Positions 46,780 through 57,084 of a stretch of 57,199 nucleotides of DNA are shown in pieces; the stretch's first letter is position 1; each line of letters opens with the position of its first letter. The notes under the pieces were generated by a model. That model searched no databases, was not told the origin of the DNA, and was given only the letters and a program-made list of their open reading frames with translations. This DNA comes from Waddliaceae bacterium (GTDB lineage Bacteria > Chlamydiota > Chlamydiia > Chlamydiales > SLOH01). The DNA lies in assembly GCA_040880105.1 (NCBI GenBank), contig JBBDJA010000031.1, forward strand, positions 1 through 57,199. The letters are read 5' to 3'. The position numbers and the translations under genes are program-made.

Positions 46780-47749
46780 ATTTTCGATTTCCTCTAAAAA
46801 GATTCGACATATCCAGAAAGTTCTCGTGGACGTATTGTCTCAAATTATGTCGAAAAACATGAAAAGCTTCTCCATCTTTTGCTTTTGGACGCGCTGAGAC
46901 TTCAGGCGTGATGACCATGTTTTCGATTCCCCAAAGAGGAGAGGAGATGGGAATGGGAATTAAAAACGGCGCATCAATTAATATCCCTCGAAATTTACCC
47001 TCCTTAGATGCGTTGGCAAGAGCCTCTTCATTGATAAATTTTCGATCACCGAGAATAATGAGAATGGAATCTTCCTTCATTAGGTGAAATGCATCTGCAC
47101 CTAAGATCTCTTTTGGCGGGAGTTCTCTTGGCATGGCAAGAGATACGATATCAGCATTTGGAAGAACGGAGTTCAGTTCAGAAAACGAAAATGTCTTCTG
47201 ACAGTGAGGATGGAAAGAGCGCTTCTCTTTGACCCCCCATGTCCGCATTCCCATTTGTTTGCACTGCTTGGTAATTTCCGTTCCGAATTTTCCAAGCCCA
47301 ATCTGGAGGAGTGTTTTACTTTCTAAGCTCCACATAGAGTCGCGCCACTTACTGTCCCATAAAATGTCCGGCAAAACATCGGCCTCTTTCCAATGATGCA
47401 AGTTTTTAGCGAACATCAAAATACTTCCAATTACAAATTCGCCCACTTGCGTAATATTTTCTTCCTTTGTCGAGGTCACAAGAATATTGCCGCGCTCTAC
47501 AATCTCATCCATAGAAAGTCTTGCGAAATGGGGGGTGGTGGTATGTATCCAACGTAAGTTTTTGGCCATTGCAAGTTCCTCTGAATTCAAGTGCCCCCCG
47601 TAAAAAACCTCAACCCTTTCCCAATTTCTTTTATCTAATTTGTGAATAGAGAATTCTGAGAGCGTGAGGAATAAATATTGAGGAAACTCCTCCATCAATG
47701 AGTTAAGCTCATCATCTCTAAGTTTGGCTTGCAGCAGAACTATATTCAC
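46778..47749 (-). CDS. D-2-hydroxyacid dehydrogenase family protein (catalytic residues degenerate)
   Basis: NLRWIH, GLGKFG Rossmann motif, ADIVSL, INEEAL and SPLW..ENMVITPE. Confidence 0.82.
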   Translation of the reverse strand: MNIVLLQAKLRDDELNSLMEEFPQYLFLTLSEFSIHKLDKRNWERVEVFYGGHLNSEELAMAKNLRWIHTTTPHFARLSMDEIVERGNILVTSTKEENITQVGEFVIGSILMFAKNLHHWKEADVLPDILWDSKWRDSMWSLESKTLLQIGLGKFGTEITKQCKQMGMRTWGVKEKRSFHPHCQKTFSFSELNSVLPNADIVSLAMPRELPPKEILGADAFHLMKEDSILIILGDRKFINEEALANASKEGKFRGILIDAPFLIPIPISSPLWGIENMVITPEVSARPKAKDGEAFHVFRHNLRQYVHENFLDMSNLFRGNRK

Positions 47750-48016
47750 TTTTCGTAAGACCCTTATTTTCTCTATTTAAATGCACTATATATTTTTAAA
47801 GGGAGATTTTCTATAGGAACCTTTCTGAATTCAATAATATGCAATCTCTGCCCCCACGCATATGAATTAAATCTAAGAAAAAAGATGCTAAATAAACAAT
47901 CAAATCTTATGGAGATTACCATATAAATCGGTGATAACAGTATTCATTTCTATATTGCTTGATTTCAATCGTGAATTCCTGTACTATTTTCCCATAAAAC
48001 GATTGGGGTATTGAAG

Positions 48017-48334
48017 ATGTATGCCATTATAAAGACCGGTGGAAAACAGTATCGTGTGAAAAAAGACGATGTGATCGATGTTGAACTGCTGAATGGTGCC
48101 GAAGAAGGCAAAAATGTTGAGTTTGGAGAAGTTCTATTTGTGAAAGATGGAACGGAGATGAAAATTGGCGAGCCCTTCCTTGAAGGTTTTGCTGTTGTAG
48201 GGGAAGTTGTTGGTCTTGCACAAGGACCGAAAATACGTAGCTTAAAGTATCGCCCTCGCAAGCATACACAAAAAAACTGGGGCCATAAGCAAAAGTATCA
48301 TCGTATTAAAATTGTTGAGATTAAAGGGAAGTAG
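48017..48334 (+). CDS. rplU: 50S ribosomal protein L21
   Basis: [14 protein letters not shown]...GHKQKY. Confidence 0.98.
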   Translation: MYAIIKTGGKQYRVKKDDVIDVELLNGAEEGKNVEFGEVLFVKDGTEMKIGEPFLEGFAVVGEVVGLAQGPKIRSLKYRPRKHTQKNWGHKQKYHRIKIVEIKGK

Positions 48335-48336
48335 TC

Positions 48337-48588
48337 ATGGCACATAAGAAAGGACAAGGATCTACACGTAATGGACGCGATTCTCACTCGAAACGACTTG
48401 GAATCAAAGTTGGGGATGGAGAAGTCGTGAAAACAGGGAATATTTTGGTTCGCCAACGCGGAACAAAGTGGCATCCTGGCGATAATGTAGCAAGAGGAAA
48501 AGATGATACGCTTTTCGCACTATCAGATGGTGTTGTTAAATTTCGCAAAACGAACCGTACTTTAATTTCTGTAACGACTACAGCGTAG
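48337..48588 (+). CDS. rpmA: 50S ribosomal protein L27
   Basis: [26 protein letters not shown]. Confidence 0.98.
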   Translation: MAHKKGQGSTRNGRDSHSKRLGIKVGDGEVVKTGNILVRQRGTKWHPGDNVARGKDDTLFALSDGVVKFRKTNRTLISVTTTA

Positions 48589-48611
48589 TTACCCTTCCTG
48601 TTATTATTTAT

Positions 48612-48645
48612 TAGCGCGTTGTGAAAAACACGCGCTATTTTTTTT
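48612..48645 (+). terminator. Intrinsic terminator/attenuator between rpmA and obgE
   Basis: TAGCGCGT...ACGCGCTA plus T8. Confidence 0.7.
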
Positions 48646-48657
48646 ATTTGTATTATT

Positions 48658-49794
48658 ATGTTTGTTGATCAAGTCACAATTGAACTTATCGCCGGAAAGG
48701 GCGGCAATGGCGTCGTTGCATGGAGACGAGAGAAATATCTTCCTAAAGGTGGCCCTTGGGGCGGCAATGGGGGGAAAGGTGGCTCGATTATCCTAAAAGC
48801 AGATAATCAAATTCCCTCTCTCGACTGGTACAGACATCGCCGAAAGATAAAAGCTGAAAACGGCCAGGGCGGAGGAGCGAACTGTAGACAAGGTAGAAGC
48901 GGAGAGAACCTAATTTTGAAAGTTCCTCTTGGTACCCTTGTAAAGGATGCAAATACCGGAGAGGTACTAATGGACTTCTCTAAACCGGACATGAAATGGG
49001 ATATTTGTCAGGGCGGACGTGGCGGACGCGGAAACGCAAGCTTTAAAACATCGATTAACCGCGCACCTAATTTTTGTACTGAAGGTAAACCCGGACAATC
49101 CATACGTGTTGAACTTGAACTCAAAATTATTGCCGATGTGGGTCTTGTAGGTTTTCCGAATGCCGGTAAGTCGACTTTGATCTCACAAATTACTGATGTT
49201 CATGTCAAAATTGCCCCTTATCCTTTTACGACATTAAGACCAAATATCGGTTCTTTAAAACTCCCGGACCTTGGGCGGATCTTGATTGCCGATATTCCGG
49301 GAATCATTGAAAACGCCTATCAGAACCGAGGTCTTGGCCATGAATTTCTTCGCCATATCGAGAGGACAAAACTACTGCTTTTCGTCCTAGATGCCTCAGG
49401 AATTGATGGCAGAACTCCTTTGGATGACTATCGCGTGCTGAGAAACGAGCTTTCAGCCTATAACCCTGACCTGCTTGATCGACCGTATTTTGTTCTTCTT
49501 AATAAGATCGATACTCAGGAGTCAAAAAAGCATATTCAAGCCTTCCAAAAGGCGCATCCAGCTCCTCTAGATAAACTCTTCACTCTTTCAGCTATGACAG
49601 GGGAAGGGATCGACACCTTTTTGTCGAGATTGAAAGAGTTTTTTCGAGAAAATCTAGAAGTCTCTAAAAAGCTAGAAGAGTTACAGATGCAGCAAGAACT
49701 AGACGAGTTTGAGATATCGCATGAGCAAGACGAGCTTGAAGTTTTAGACGAGTTAGAAACTTCAGAAGAGTCTGCATCTGATGAAGTCGAATAG
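48658..49794 (+). CDS. obgE: GTPase ObgE/CgtA
   Basis: Gly-rich Obg fold; GFPNAGKST, YPFTT, DIPG and NKID motifs; acidic C-terminal tail. Confidence 0.97.
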   Translation: MFVDQVTIELIAGKGGNGVVAWRREKYLPKGGPWGGNGGKGGSIILKADNQIPSLDWYRHRRKIKAENGQGGGANCRQGRSGENLILKVPLGTLVKDANTGEVLMDFSKPDMKWDICQGGRGGRGNASFKTSINRAPNFCTEGKPGQSIRVELELKIIADVGLVGFPNAGKSTLISQITDVHVKIAPYPFTTLRPNIGSLKLPDLGRILIADIPGIIENAYQNRGLGHEFLRHIERTKLLLFVLDASGIDGRTPLDDYRVLRNELSAYNPDLLDRPYFVLLNKIDTQESKKHIQAFQKAHPAPLDKLFTLSAMTGEGIDTFLSRLKEFFRENLEVSKKLEELQMQQELDEFEISHEQDELEVLDELETSEESASDEVE

Positions 49795-49804
49795 TTTCAC
49801 ACCC

Positions 49805-52800
49805 CTACTCTTTGGTGCCCTTTAAATCTTCGATAATAAGATAGAAGCACGGCGTAAGCAGCAAAATAATAAATGTCGCAAAGAGAATACCAAACCCGAG
49901 GGAAATTGCCATCGGGATCAAGAATCTTGCTTGCATTGAGGTTTCAAAAATCATAGGGCAAAGCCCAAAAAAGGTCGTAAGCGATGTGAGAAGGATCGGT
50001 CGAAAACGCCTCTTACTTGCCTCAATTGTGGCTTTAAAAAGAGGAAGATTCTCCTTTCGGTATAACTCGTTTGCAGTCACAATTAGGACCAGAGAGTCGT
50101 TAACAACAACTCCTGATAGAGCAATCATTCCAAACATAGAGACTATCGAAAGTTCGTAACCAAGTAAAAGGTGGCCAAGAACGGCTCCTATAATTCCAAA
50201 AGGGATACTGAGCATCACAATAAGCGGTTGTATATAACTGCGAAAAGGAATGGCCAGAAGAGTGTAAATTCCAATAAGAGCAAAGATAAAACCGTTCCCA
50301 AGTGCAGAAATTGCCTCCTGTTGCTCTTGCTGTTCTCCTGCCAGGCGGTAGGTCAGTCCGGGGTATTTTTCCATTAGTCTTGGCATAACATTTTGGATTA
50401 AATCCTCCACTATCAAATTGGCATTTGCGACCTCCTCTTCCACATCGGCGCTGACTGGATTAATCCGCCTTCCATCAGAGCGCCTAATTTCTGTATATGC
50501 GCGATCTTGCTCTACCTTAGCAGCTTCTGACAAAGTAATTTCACCACCTTCAGGAGTTCGTATGACTAAATCTTCAATCGTTTGAATCCGCTCGCGTTCT
50601 TGTTGCGGGAGACGCACCATAATTTTCATTTCATTGCGCCCACGCTGTTGGCGCAGCGCTTCGGCTCCATAGAAGCTATGTCTCACTTGTCTTGCAAGTT
50701 CGCCTGCTGTAATGCCAAGGCTTCTTGCTTCAGGGGTCAGTTTAAAAGAGAGTTGCGGCTTGCCTTCTGCGACCCCATCAGAGATGTCTTTAACGCCTGA
50801 GTAGTTTTGAAGAATAGAGGCAAGCTCTGTTGCGGCTGTCTCAAGTGTTGAGGTATCAGGGTGGCTCAAATCAAATTCGATGGGTTTGCCCTCAACTGTG
50901 GTCACATGGCCGACAAATTCAAGTGTATCAACTGCTAGAGCGCTGCCGACTTTGTTTCGCCACTGCTTTGCAAACTCAACACCTGAAATTTCCCGTTGGT
51001 CGGAGGGAACAAGAAATACTTGCACACCGACAAGGTGGCTTCCTGTCGCAAAGGCAGTAGAGTTAGCAGGACCTCTACCCGGAAGAGTTGTGCCGATTTG
51101 TGAGTAGATCCCACGTGAAATTTTTTCCCCTCCATTATCATTAATCACATTTCTTGCATTTTGAATCATTTGGCCTTGCACATGGTAAGAGGCACTTTTG
51201 GGTGATCCATAGGGAAGGGTGGCTTGCGCCGAAACAATGTCTGAGTCTACACGTGGAAGGAAGCTGAATGTGATATATCCACCAAAATAGCCTCCTGCAG
51301 TTAAGATGAGCAGCGCAATTCCACAACTGACAGTGATGTATCGAAAGTGGATTGCAAATTTCAGTTGTGGAACATAAATATTTTCAATGAACTTTTTTAA
51401 ATATTTTTCAAAGGTCTTACTTGGAATGGCAAGAGTGTCGAAGAATCTAGATTTTTTATGTTCACGAGAGAGGTGAGCGGGAAGTACAAACAGTGATTCA
51501 ATTAAAGAGATTAAAAAAATTGAGATGGTAATCGAGGGGATTTGTAGAAAAAGCTTTCCCATCGTTCCTGGAACATAGAGTAGGGGGATGAAAGCGACAA
51601 TATTGGTTAAAACAGCAAAGATAACAGGCCCGCTAATTTCTTTTGCACCTTCAATAGAGGCTTGAAGAAACGGCATTCCTTTTTCTCGCTTATAATAAAT
51701 ATTTTCTCCAACAACAACCGCATCGTCAACGACAATGCCGAGTGTGACAATGAAAGCAAAAAGCGCGATCATATTAATCGATGCACCTGTGAAGGGGATT
51801 AGAAGAAAAGAGCCGAGGATGGAGGCCGGTATCCCGAGTGTGACCCAAAAGGCAAGTCTAGGTTCTAAGAAAAGCCCAAGAAGGATAAGGACAAGGACAA
51901 GTCCAAGCGCCGCATTACGGATGAGCAGGCTGATGCGGTCGCGAAAAACCTCCGCACTGTCGTTCCATGTTGTCACATAAATATTTTCCGGAAGATATTT
52001 TTGCAAATCTTTGGTGTAGGCATGAATTTTATTTGAGATTTCAATTGGCGTTTGGTCTCCGACACGGAACACATCAATCCGTATTGCGGGATGGCCGTTA
52101 AAATATGCTTCTTGATCTGTCTCTTCAAATTGCTCTTTTATATTTGCAATCTCATCAAGGCGGATACCAGCTCCTTCTCTTGTGGAGATGACGGGTATAT
52201 CTTCAAACTCTTTTGCTAGGTTGCGCCTTTCCTGCGTGCGAATTAACACCTCACCAGAGGGTGTGCGGATGCCTCCGGCAGGAAGATCTAGTGCTGTGTT
52301 TCTGACAAGGTTTGCCACTTCCTCAAGCGTTAAACCATAGGCTCGGAGCGTGTCTTGTGGAATCTCTATCGAGATCTCAACATTGGGAACTCCATGCAGT
52401 TCAACGAGAGTAATACCGTCTATCTGTATGACCTCTTCTCGGATAGATTCCGCTAAGTTAAAAAGGGCTAAGCGGTCACTTTCTCCATACAGAATTAAAG
52501 AGATGACTTGTCTTTTTGGTTCAAGAAGATTGATAATCGGGCGCTCTGCCTCTTCCGGAAGCGATTGGATTTGATCGACTTCATTTTTCACATCCTGAAG
52601 CGCCTTTCCCCCGTCAGCATCACGCAAGAGTTCTATTGTGACAACACCCTGATTTTCATAGGCGGTGCTCGTGACTTTTTTTACTCCGTCAATTCCACGC
52701 ACTTCATCTTCAATGGATAGGATGATCCCTTCCTCCACTTCATCAGGACTTGCTCCGGGATAAGGGACGACCACTTGAATAATTGGCAGCTCATATTCAG

Positions 52801-52924
52801 GAAATACCTCTTGTTTAATCTGCAGAGTGACAAGAAATCCGCCGAGAATAAAAATAACAAGAAGAAGGTTTGCTGCGACATGATGTTTTGCCATCCAAGC
52901 AATCGGTCCGCCCTTCTCATTCAT
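49805..52924 (-). CDS. RND efflux permease (AcrB family)
   Basis: E.FP, YPGASPDEVE, GIVVDDAVVVGEN, GVVVNDSLV and RFRPILLTSLTT motifs. Confidence 0.95.
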   Translation of the reverse strand: MNEKGGPIAWMAKHHVAANLLLVIFILGGFLVTLQIKQEVFPEYELPIIQVVVPYPGASPDEVEEGIILSIEDEVRGIDGVKKVTSTAYENQGVVTIELLRDADGGKALQDVKNEVDQIQSLPEEAERPIINLLEPKRQVISLILYGESDRLALFNLAESIREEVIQIDGITLVELHGVPNVEISIEIPQDTLRAYGLTLEEVANLVRNTALDLPAGGIRTPSGEVLIRTQERRNLAKEFEDIPVISTREGAGIRLDEIANIKEQFEETDQEAYFNGHPAIRIDVFRVGDQTPIEISNKIHAYTKDLQKYLPENIYVTTWNDSAEVFRDRISLLIRNAALGLVLVLILLGLFLEPRLAFWVTLGIPASILGSFLLIPFTGASINMIALFAFIVTLGIVVDDAVVVGENIYYKREKGMPFLQASIEGAKEISGPVIFAVLTNIVAFIPLLYVPGTMGKLFLQIPSITISIFLISLIESLFVLPAHLSREHKKSRFFDTLAIPSKTFEKYLKKFIENIYVPQLKFAIHFRYITVSCGIALLILTAGGYFGGYITFSFLPRVDSDIVSAQATLPYGSPKSASYHVQGQMIQNARNVINDNGGEKISRGIYSQIGTTLPGRGPANSTAFATGSHLVGVQVFLVPSDQREISGVEFAKQWRNKVGSALAVDTLEFVGHVTTVEGKPIEFDLSHPDTSTLETAATELASILQNYSGVKDISDGVAEGKPQLSFKLTPEARSLGITAGELARQVRHSFYGAEALRQQRGRNEMKIMVRLPQQERERIQTIEDLVIRTPEGGEITLSEAAKVEQDRAYTEIRRSDGRRINPVSADVEEEVANANLIVEDLIQNVMPRLMEKYPGLTYRLAGEQQEQQEAISALGNGFIFALIGIYTLLAIPFRSYIQPLIVMLSIPFGIIGAVLGHLLLGYELSIVSMFGMIALSGVVVNDSLVLIVTANELYRKENLPLFKATIEASKRRFRPILLTSLTTFFGLCPMIFETSMQARFLIPMAISLGFGILFATFIILLLTPCFYLIIEDLKGTKE

Positions 52925-54080
52925 CGGCAGCGCTCCTTAGCATCATCCCTTGAATAGGTGTTGAAATATGAGATGTGATGAGCTCATCTCCCGTTTGAAG
53001 GTTATTTTCAACAATGATTTCATCTAACTGTCGATACAATATCTGAATCGGCCGAATATCAAGAGTATTCTCCTTTGTCTTAATCCATACAGTATCATTT
53101 GTTCTAAGAGCAGACCGTGGAATAACAAAGGCACCCTTAATCTCTTCCCCTTTAATTTCAACACGTACATAAGAGTCTAGAAGAAGCGGGGGTTTGTCTG
53201 ACTTTAATCCAAGAGGATCTTTTACACCGATCAAAAGTCTAGCGAGGCGCCCCCTTGGATCAAGATCACCAAGTAAGCGAATAACAAAAGCCTCTCTTTC
53301 AATTGACATCCCGTTACCAATTTCTTGAAAGACAACAACCGGAAAAGAGAGGTCTCCTTTCCCAAAGTTGATCCAGCGAAGCTTTTCATAGGGAATATTC
53401 ATTTTAACAACAAAAAGATCCGTGGCCGCAAGCCTTGCAATTTCACTTTGAGGTGAAACGAGTTCATCGATCTCTGCATGCTCTTCTAATATAATGGCAT
53501 CAAAAGGAGATTTGATTTGTGTCCGTTCTAAATCAATCAAGGCCTTCTCAAGTCGGCTTTTTGCCGCTCTTACGATAGCTTCCTTCTCTTCTAGGTGTGG
53601 CCGCCTTAGCGCAAGATTAATGTTGAATTCTTCTTGCTGCATTGAAGGTCCGATCAGCTCCCACTCTCGCTTTGCAACTCTTTGTCTGCCGTGTTCAAGT
53701 TCCAGTTCAAACTCAGCGGATTGAAGCTGAGCCTGCTGTTGCTCAACTTGATTTATATAGTCTCTTGGGTCGATCTGCACGAGTCGCTCGCCCTTTGCAA
53801 TAAGTCCGCCTTGATCTAATTGATCGGACATATTGATGATACGGCCGCTGACCTCGGATCTGAGCACGAGTTCACGGTTGGGTTCGAGCGTTCCGAAGCC
53901 AAAAATCGAGACCTTAACATTTTGCTTTTCTAAGGGGCTTGTAGAGACAAGAGTTGAGGCAATTTGAGGCTGACTTCTTTCAATATCGCCTTCTGAAAAT
54001 ATAATGAGCAGCATCAATATGAGAGCGATCAATATAATACCAATAGCAATCAGAAACTGCCTGATACGGCTTTTTAACAT
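52917..54080 (-). CDS. RND periplasmic adaptor (membrane fusion protein)
   Basis: N-terminal TM, SEVSGRI, IDPRDY, coiled coil, RTQIKSPFD and IPRSAL motifs. Confidence 0.93.
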   Translation of the reverse strand: MLKSRIRQFLIAIGIILIALILMLLIIFSEGDIERSQPQIASTLVSTSPLEKQNVKVSIFGFGTLEPNRELVLRSEVSGRIINMSDQLDQGGLIAKGERLVQIDPRDYINQVEQQQAQLQSAEFELELEHGRQRVAKREWELIGPSMQQEEFNINLALRRPHLEEKEAIVRAAKSRLEKALIDLERTQIKSPFDAIILEEHAEIDELVSPQSEIARLAATDLFVVKMNIPYEKLRWINFGKGDLSFPVVVFQEIGNGMSIEREAFVIRLLGDLDPRGRLARLLIGVKDPLGLKSDKPPLLLDSYVRVEIKGEEIKGAFVIPRSALRTNDTVWIKTKENTLDIRPIQILYRQLDEIIVENNLQTGDELITSHISTPIQGMMLRSAADE

Positions 54081-55489
54081 AATACCCGTCCTCCAAGTGC
54101 ACGATAGAGGCTTGCTCTGTACACTAGCAACTGTTTTTTTTCAGCGACGATTTGCCTCTGCAGATTTTGAAGAGATTGAATGGCGCTAATGACCGATAGG
54201 TAATCAGTCAATCCATTGATATAGTGAAATCGAGATTGGTCCAAATTCTGATTTGCGATAAATATCTCCTCTTCCAATCGTTGAATAAGCTCTATTTGAT
54301 ACTTTTCTTGAACAAGAGCGTCCTCAACTTCCCGCACTGCATTTAGAAATAGATTGGCGTACCTCCAAATCCCTTCGCATAAAATGGCTTTACGACGTAA
54401 GATTTCGCCACTCCTACGCCCTCCATCAAAGAGTGGATACACAAGAGACAGTATGACTTGCTTGATTTGTTCCCTAAATAAATCTTCGATAGAAACAGCT
54501 GAAAATCCATAAGTGAAAAATGTGTCGAGCCTCGGAAAAATATCGGCAATTGCAGCGGCAATTTCTGCATCGGCAGACTGAAGGCGAAAATACTGGGCGC
54601 GAAGGTCCGGTCTTCGACAAATAAGATCGATCGGAGCCCCTCTTTTTGGAAAAGGAGGAAGCCCATTAAAGATCTCTAAGTCAAGATCTAGGCAAATCGT
54701 TCCGGGTGCGGCTCCCATTAATGTTTGAAGGTTGTGAATTGAGGTCTCAAGTTTTGAGTGGATAGGCGGCGGTTGAGCTAAAATATCTGCCAACTGTAGG
54801 CGCTGCTGAAAAACATCTAGAGCTGTAGAGAGGGCCGTGCTGAAACGTAGCTCGACAAGCTCAAGAAGCGTGCGACTGACTTCTTCTTGCTCCCGAATCA
54901 CTTCAAGAAGCGCCTGTTGCTCCTGAATTGTAAACCAAAGGTCAACAACGCTTCCTGTGAGGGTAAGGGCTGTTGCATCCAGATCTTCTCGTGTGGCTTG
55001 TAGCTCATAACAAGCTGCCTCTGTTTTGGAGGCAACGCGCCTCCAGAGATCAATTTCATAGGAAAGAGTGGCCTCTAGAGTGTAGAAATTTGTCGCATTC
55101 GATCCCGGTAATCCTGATTCTCCAATCCCATCTAAGCCACCTCCCGGACCAAATCTACCTGCCTGTCCGGAGAAGTGAGCAGCATTCATACCAAGATCAA
55201 TTGCCGGCAAACGGGCAGCCCCTTCAATTTTAAGACGCGCGCACGCTTGAGCGATTTTTGCCCACGACTCTTTTAAATTGAGATTACCCATAAGCGTTTG
55301 ATCGACAATCACATTCAACTGCTGCGAGCCAAATTCCGTCCACCAAGCATCCGGGACATCGACACCTTCCGGACTTTGGCTCGAGTATTCTTCCGGTATT
55401 ATTACTCTAGGAGCTTGCAGACAGCCACTTCTGTGCAATTGACAGCTAAATAAAAGGGGAAGGCAAGTGATAATATAAATGATCCGCAT
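54074..55489 (-). CDS. RND outer membrane factor (TolC/OprM-like lipoprotein)
   Basis: LFSC lipobox; WWTEF, SYEIDLW, RRPDL, PLFDGG and LYRALGG motifs. Confidence 0.93.
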   Translation of the reverse strand: MRIIYIITCLPLLFSCQLHRSGCLQAPRVIIPEEYSSQSPEGVDVPDAWWTEFGSQQLNVIVDQTLMGNLNLKESWAKIAQACARLKIEGAARLPAIDLGMNAAHFSGQAGRFGPGGGLDGIGESGLPGSNATNFYTLEATLSYEIDLWRRVASKTEAACYELQATREDLDATALTLTGSVVDLWFTIQEQQALLEVIREQEEVSRTLLELVELRFSTALSTALDVFQQRLQLADILAQPPPIHSKLETSIHNLQTLMGAAPGTICLDLDLEIFNGLPPFPKRGAPIDLICRRPDLRAQYFRLQSADAEIAAAIADIFPRLDTFFTYGFSAVSIEDLFREQIKQVILSLVYPLFDGGRRSGEILRRKAILCEGIWRYANLFLNAVREVEDALVQEKYQIELIQRLEEEIFIANQNLDQSRFHYINGLTDYLSVISAIQSLQNLQRQIVAEKKQLLVYRASLYRALGGRVLC

Positions 55490-55560
55490 GGTTTTTGGAT
55501 CGTAACAAAGTCAAATAAAATTTTCTATCCAGGAATCGAATCTGTGAATAAAATAACGAG

Positions 55561-57084
55561 TTAAAATTTTCCAATAGGATCTTGAGGAGTAATTTCTTTC
55601 ACACGATCTTTTGGATTATCCCAGACACGTTGCAAATTTTCTGGAAGATATTTTTTTAAAATAAAAAATTCATACCCATATTCCCTTAACCAGCTGTCAC
55701 TCATGATCAGTTCATCTTGATCTTCCCACGAGTTTTCAATTTTCCAGAGCCGCCCGTATTCTTCTTCAATTCCCACAGGTAATTTATTCTCAACCGGATC
55801 ATCACAACCGACAATATTCATTAAGTGCGCACATGATGTCGCACCGTATAATAATCGATCTCCTTTGCTGAGTTTAATAGAGGAGTCAAAATCAAAAATT
55901 TCATCTTTGAGATCATTTTGGATAGAGAAGAAATTTACTCTTTCATCAAGGTGTTTGACATCAGCTGCCATTGGAACTGCATTTCCGTTAATAATCGATT
56001 GAAAAATTGCTTGAATAATCACATCAATATTTACATTTAACCCTCTAAATTCCTTTCCACCTACCATATTTTTAATTTCTTTTCCTTCTAGGACCATATT
56101 CTCTTCGTGATAAGGAATATGAGTTAAATGAACAATTTCATCTAAATCGACCTTGGATCTACGATAAAATTCTAGGGGTGTTAACATCTTTGGCATCCGG
56201 AGGTTATGTGTGACGATAACGTCTTCTCCTGATTCTTCTTCTTTTATTTCGTATGGAAAATAATCCTCTTGATCACTCTCTGCGTCCATAGAACATTTGG
56301 CAGTGTCATTACTTTCATTCCAAACAAATGACTTTGGCGGGATTCCCAAGTATTTTGTCAAAATGCTATAGACCTCATTTAGTGCCTGGTTTTTTATCTC
56401 TTGAATTTTTGGATTTTTGATATCGGCTTTAGCCAATTGATGTATGACCCCACCGACTTCACTCAAACGACACTTTAAAGTTTCCATATACCCCACAGAA
56501 TTCCTACTGAATTCTGTTTCAGGCATTGCATAATCGGGAACAAGACCGTATTTTTTGACAATATTGCAGAAATATTCCCATTGGCCGCCGTCGGTAATTA
56601 GGTAGTTTGAGAAGTCTCGAATTTCAATGTCCAACGGATGAATATTTCTCATCTCAATCATTTTTTCTAAAAAATAATTTGCCCTCTCAAGTTTATCCCA
56701 AAAGGCGACAAAGTTGTGAGAATAATGAAACTCTTCCCCATATCTACTCAAGACCCCTATCCGCATCATATTTAGGCCGGAAAAAATCCAGCACCTTCCC
56801 GAATTTCCCTGATTAGATGGTTTGCCTAGTTTAATTTGATACATTGTCTTTAGATTCTCTTTTCGAACCAATGGCTTGGAGTTAATGTCTTCGATTCCAT
56901 ATTTTGAAATGTAGCGAGTTAACAATGGAGACTTCACACTAAAAGCCTCCACTCTTCTGCAAGAGAGAGCGTTTAGGCGATATGGAAGGTGTTGGCTTAC
57001 TTGATGCGCTTGGTTTCTGTTCAATCTCTCAAATTCATGAAGATAGACACTAGATGCATGTGGAATCCTAGAAAAAGACATCAC
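55561..57084 (-). CDS. Peptidase C1B (bleomycin hydrolase/aminopeptidase C family)
   Basis: NQGNSGRCWIFS (Cys), FWDKLERANYFL, DGGQW, KKYGLVP, AHLM (His) and WKIENSW (Asn); C-terminal DPIG. Confidence 0.92.
   Translation of the reverse strand: MMSFSRIPHASSVYLHEFERLNRNQAHQVSQHLPYRLNALSCRRVEAFSVKSPLLTRYISKYGIEDINSKPLVRKENLKTMYQIKLGKPSNQGNSGRCWIFSGLNMMRIGVLSRYGEEFHYSHNFVAFWDKLERANYFLEKMIEMRNIHPLDIEIRDFSNYLITDGGQWEYFCNIVKKYGLVPDYAMPETEFSRNSVGYMETLKCRLSEVGGVIHQLAKADIKNPKIQEIKNQALNEVYSILTKYLGIPPKSFVWNESNDTAKCSMDAESDQEDYFPYEIKEEESGEDVIVTHNLRMPKMLTPLEFYRRSKVDLDEIVHLTHIPYHEENMVLEGKEIKNMVGGKEFRGLNVNIDVIIQAIFQSIINGNAVPMAADVKHLDERVNFFSIQNDLKDEIFDFDSSIKLSKGDRLLYGATSCAHLMNIVGCDDPVENKLPVGIEEEYGRLWKIENSWEDQDELIMSDSWLREYGYEFFILKKYLPENLQRVWDNPKDRVKEITPQDPIGKF

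Noticed and set aside
49805..55489. RND tripartite operon as a novel system
   Set aside because: Canonical OMF-MFP-RND arrangement with ordinary motifs; the substrate cannot be inferred.
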